Part shown: piece by piece, positions 61,607-64,000 of the stretch
How positions within the stretch are numbered: position 1 is the stretch's first letter
Layout: every line of letters starts with the position of its first letter
Source of the DNA: a virus
Lineage: Duplodnaviria > Caudoviricetes
Reading direction: 5' to 3' (one strand)
IMG/VR virus record: IMGVR_UViG_3300024331_000152
Coordinates: 1-64,000 of that record
DNA length: 64,000 bases
Made by a program: the position numbers and the translations under genes
Notes under the pieces: generated by a model
The model's database searches: none
What the model was told of the DNA's origin: nothing
What the model saw: only the letters and a program-made list of their open reading frames with translations

Positions 61607-61661
61607 GGGCGTAGTATAGGCGAAGATCGATTGCGAGTCTATCGGTTTCCGGGAGAGAGAA

Positions 61662-62690
61662 GTGAATAACCCCATCGTCCCATCTCTGGACAAGATCCTG
61701 CCGAAACGTCGTAAGCAACTTCACCAATCTGGCATCGAGATGTTGTCGAAATGCGGCATCCAGTTTGAGTTTCGCTACCTCCAAGGGTTGAAGCGTAAAC
61801 CAAACGCCTTCCTGATCTGCGGCACCGCGACCGACAAAGCTGTTGGTACGGATCTCGATCACAAGATCGACACTGGGGAGCTGGAAAACGAGAATGTCCT
61901 CCTCGATGTGGCTCGCGACACCGTCGAAAACTACCCCGACAAAGATATCGAGCTTGACGAAGACGAAAAAGGCAAGTCGGTAAACGACGTTCTCGGAGAG
62001 ACAAAAGATAAAGCTGTCCGTCTTGTAAGAGCCCATCATGCCGAACTTGCCCCGACGATACGGCCTGTGGCCACCGCAAAACGATTCGCAATTGATCTCG
62101 ATCCTTTTCTTAGGATGAGGGCCAAAAAGCTGCGAGAAAGAGCTGAACAAGTTTCAAAGCCACTTGCGCGCGTGCTGAACCAGCAGGCGCGGTACCTCAA
62201 TATCGCCGCGCGCAACGGGCTCGATTTTGTTGGCGAGTTCGATATTGTCGAGAAGTGGAATGAGGGGCCTGATGGGACCGAAACCGTAGTCAGTGTTATT
62301 AGAGATACTAAGACTTCAAGGAAATCCCCTAATCAGGATACGGCGGATTCCAGTCATCAGTTGTCGGCCTATGCCGCTGCTCACAATGTTCTATATGGAA
62401 ATAATCCTGATGCGGTGAAGCTGGACTACCTTGTCGATCTTAAAACAGGAACAAAAACAATGACGTTGGTTAGTCAGCGCGACGATACTGATGTACAGAG
62501 ATATTTAAACCGCATCGTTGCCGGAGTGATCCAGATGGAAAGCGGAAATTTTGTTCCTGCTCCAGACGTTGCTTGGTACTGCGATTCCAAGTGGTGTTCG
62601 TATTATCACATGTGTGAGTTTGTAAAACATAAGGACATTTCAACTCCTCAGCTCGTGACAATCAAGGGGACGACCGGCGATGCAGCCTAA
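61662..62690 (+). CDS. PD-(D/E)XK exonuclease (RecB/Cas4-like)
   Basis: S.I.M..KCG.QF..RY, G.FD......IRDTKT, HQL..Y, C..KWC.YY..C. Confidence 0.85.
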   Translation: MNNPIVPSLDKILPKRRKQLHQSGIEMLSKCGIQFEFRYLQGLKRKPNAFLICGTATDKAVGTDLDHKIDTGELENENVLLDVARDTVENYPDKDIELDEDEKGKSVNDVLGETKDKAVRLVRAHHAELAPTIRPVATAKRFAIDLDPFLRMRAKKLRERAEQVSKPLARVLNQQARYLNIAARNGLDFVGEFDIVEKWNEGPDGTETVVSVIRDTKTSRKSPNQDTADSSHQLSAYAAAHNVLYGNNPDAVKLDYLVDLKTGTKTMTLVSQRDDTDVQRYLNRIVAGVIQMESGNFVPAPDVAWYCDSKWCSYYHMCEFVKHKDISTPQLVTIKGTTGDAA

Positions 62691-63417
62691 GTGCGATAAT
62701 CCGTCAGACTACGAGATGGAAGAATATAAAGCATGGCGTCGGCGCGTGTTTTGGACGCGTGTCAGTAAGGAACCCGGACTTGGTCCGCAAGGTGATTGCT
62801 GGGAATGGATTGCTGGAGGCACGCGGGCTGGCTACGGAACGATGTATTTTGCAGGCAGGAACCACTACGTTCATAGAATTTCGTGGTTTATATTTCATGG
62901 TTTATGGCCGACTTTGCACGTGTGTCACCGTTGTGATAATCCACCTTGCGTGAATCCAGATCATCTCTTTGAAGGCGACGATTCCGTCAATATAGCCGAT
63001 GCTATAGCGAAAGGACGAGCACGCCAAATGATAGATGGTCCCGGGCTTCGTGGTGAGACTCACGGAATGGTCAAGCTGACCAGCCAAGAAGTAATGGAGA
63101 TTCGTCGCCGGTACGCGATGCGTGAAAAAGTGCAGGTCCTCATGCAGAAGTATCATGTTACAGAGAGCTGTATTCGTATGATAGTGTGTGGCGAATCTTG
63201 GGCTCATCTTCCACTGATAAAGCGACCAAATAGCATAATGAAACTTCTGCCAGAACAAGTGCTCGCAATTCGTGCAAGTTCTCTATCTGCTCCTGAGCTT
63301 GCAAAACAATACGGCGTCCACCGCCAGACGATCTATAAAGTTAAATCCGGTCGGCCTTACGGAGACGAAGCCACTCAAATCTTGGAGGGAAAATGCCTGA
63401 ATCAAATCTCGCAGTAA
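62680..63417 (+). CDS. HNH homing endonuclease
   Basis: CWEW......GYG......VHR.SW, VCHRCDNPPCVNPDHLF.G....N..D...KGR, GE.H...KLT. Confidence 0.9.
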   Translation: MQPKCDNPSDYEMEEYKAWRRRVFWTRVSKEPGLGPQGDCWEWIAGGTRAGYGTMYFAGRNHYVHRISWFIFHGLWPTLHVCHRCDNPPCVNPDHLFEGDDSVNIADAIAKGRARQMIDGPGLRGETHGMVKLTSQEVMEIRRRYAMREKVQVLMQKYHVTESCIRMIVCGESWAHLPLIKRPNSIMKLLPEQVLAIRASSLSAPELAKQYGVHRQTIYKVKSGRPYGDEATQILEGKCLNQISQ

Positions 63418-64000
63418 TGTCGGCTGGCTCATCTGCAATGCAGGTAAGCCGTGAGTGGGAAAACCAAAAAGAGCTGATTATGCGGACGGTCGCCATAGGA
63501 CTCGACGAGGATCAGTTCCGCCTCTTCCTGTACGTTGCCCATGTACGTGGTCTCGATCCGCTCCAACGTCAGATCCACGCTGTCGTACGTAATACAAAGG
63601 AAGGCGACAAGTGGGTTCCAAAGATGACGATCCAGACCGGCATCGATGGCTATCGCGCCATCGCGAACCGGACCGGAACGTACATGCCGTCCGACAAGGA
63701 GCCGCGCGTCGAAGGTGCTGGAGGGGCAGACCTTCGTATCACGGTCTATGTGAAGAAGTTTCACGAAAAGTCTGGACAGTGGATGGAGTTCAACGCGACC
63801 GCTTACTACCGCGAGTACGTGCAGACCTATAAAGATCAGAGCGGCAAACAGGTACCCAACTCGATGTGGGCCAAAATGCCCATAAACCAACTCACGAAAT
63901 GCGCCGAGGCTCTAGCGCTCCGCAAGGGCTGGCCTGAAGAGCTTGGTCAGATCTACACCGACGAGGAAATGGGACAGGCAGACAGCTTTGCGCCGCCAGC
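63393..64000 (+). CDS. bet: Phage recombinase Bet/RecT family, 3'-truncated
   Basis: SD GGAGG; F..FL......GLDPLQRQIH.V...MTIQTGIDGYRAIANRTG.Y...W.KMP..QL.KCAEALALRK.WP. Confidence 0.9.
   Translation, partial: MPESNLAVMSAGSSAMQVSREWENQKELIMRTVAIGLDEDQFRLFLYVAHVRGLDPLQRQIHAVVRNTKEGDKWVPKMTIQTGIDGYRAIANRTGTYMPSDKEPRVEGAGGADLRITVYVKKFHEKSGQWMEFNATAYYREYVQTYKDQSGKQVPNSMWAKMPINQLTKCAEALALRKGWPEELGQIYTDEEMGQADSFAPP

Noticed and set aside
1-64000. Genome-wide UGA recoding suggested by the UCA tRNAs
   Set aside because: Long ORFs are intact under the standard code and many genes end in TGA with ATGA stop-start overlaps.

Overview
A 64-kb segment of a large tailed phage genome. The host is not determinable here; Acidobacteriota-like is only a guess from the secreted and lipoprotein types. 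1-27 kb (+ strand): tail/surface proteins, a lysis region (holin-like genes, C1 peptidase, GH108 endolysin), small very basic proteins, podovirus-type tail components and three large putative ejection proteins, the last carrying a GGDEF-like domain. 27-41 kb (mostly - strand): glycosyltransferases, a B12 radical SAM enzyme, a J-domain protein, DUF5131, RusA and several homing endonucleases. 41-57 kb: about 38 tRNA genes, mini tRNA-like elements, a circularly permuted tmRNA, two UCA-anticodon tRNAs, a Pth2-like gene with an in-frame UGA at codon 3, and interspersed HNH genes. 57-64 kb: small leaderless genes, a PD-(D/E)XK exonuclease and a Bet recombinase. Main finding: each of three tRNA arrays is preceded by a promoter, a 22-28-codon leader ORF and mutually exclusive antiterminator/terminator hairpins. 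The codons of each leader match, to isoacceptor level, the anticodons of the tRNAs directly downstream (9/11, 11/11 and 11/12 tRNAs sampled). This looks like ribosome-mediated attenuation that switches on each phage tRNA set when those host tRNAs are depleted. I know of no description of this system but cannot search the literature. All calls were made by eye, without database searches.
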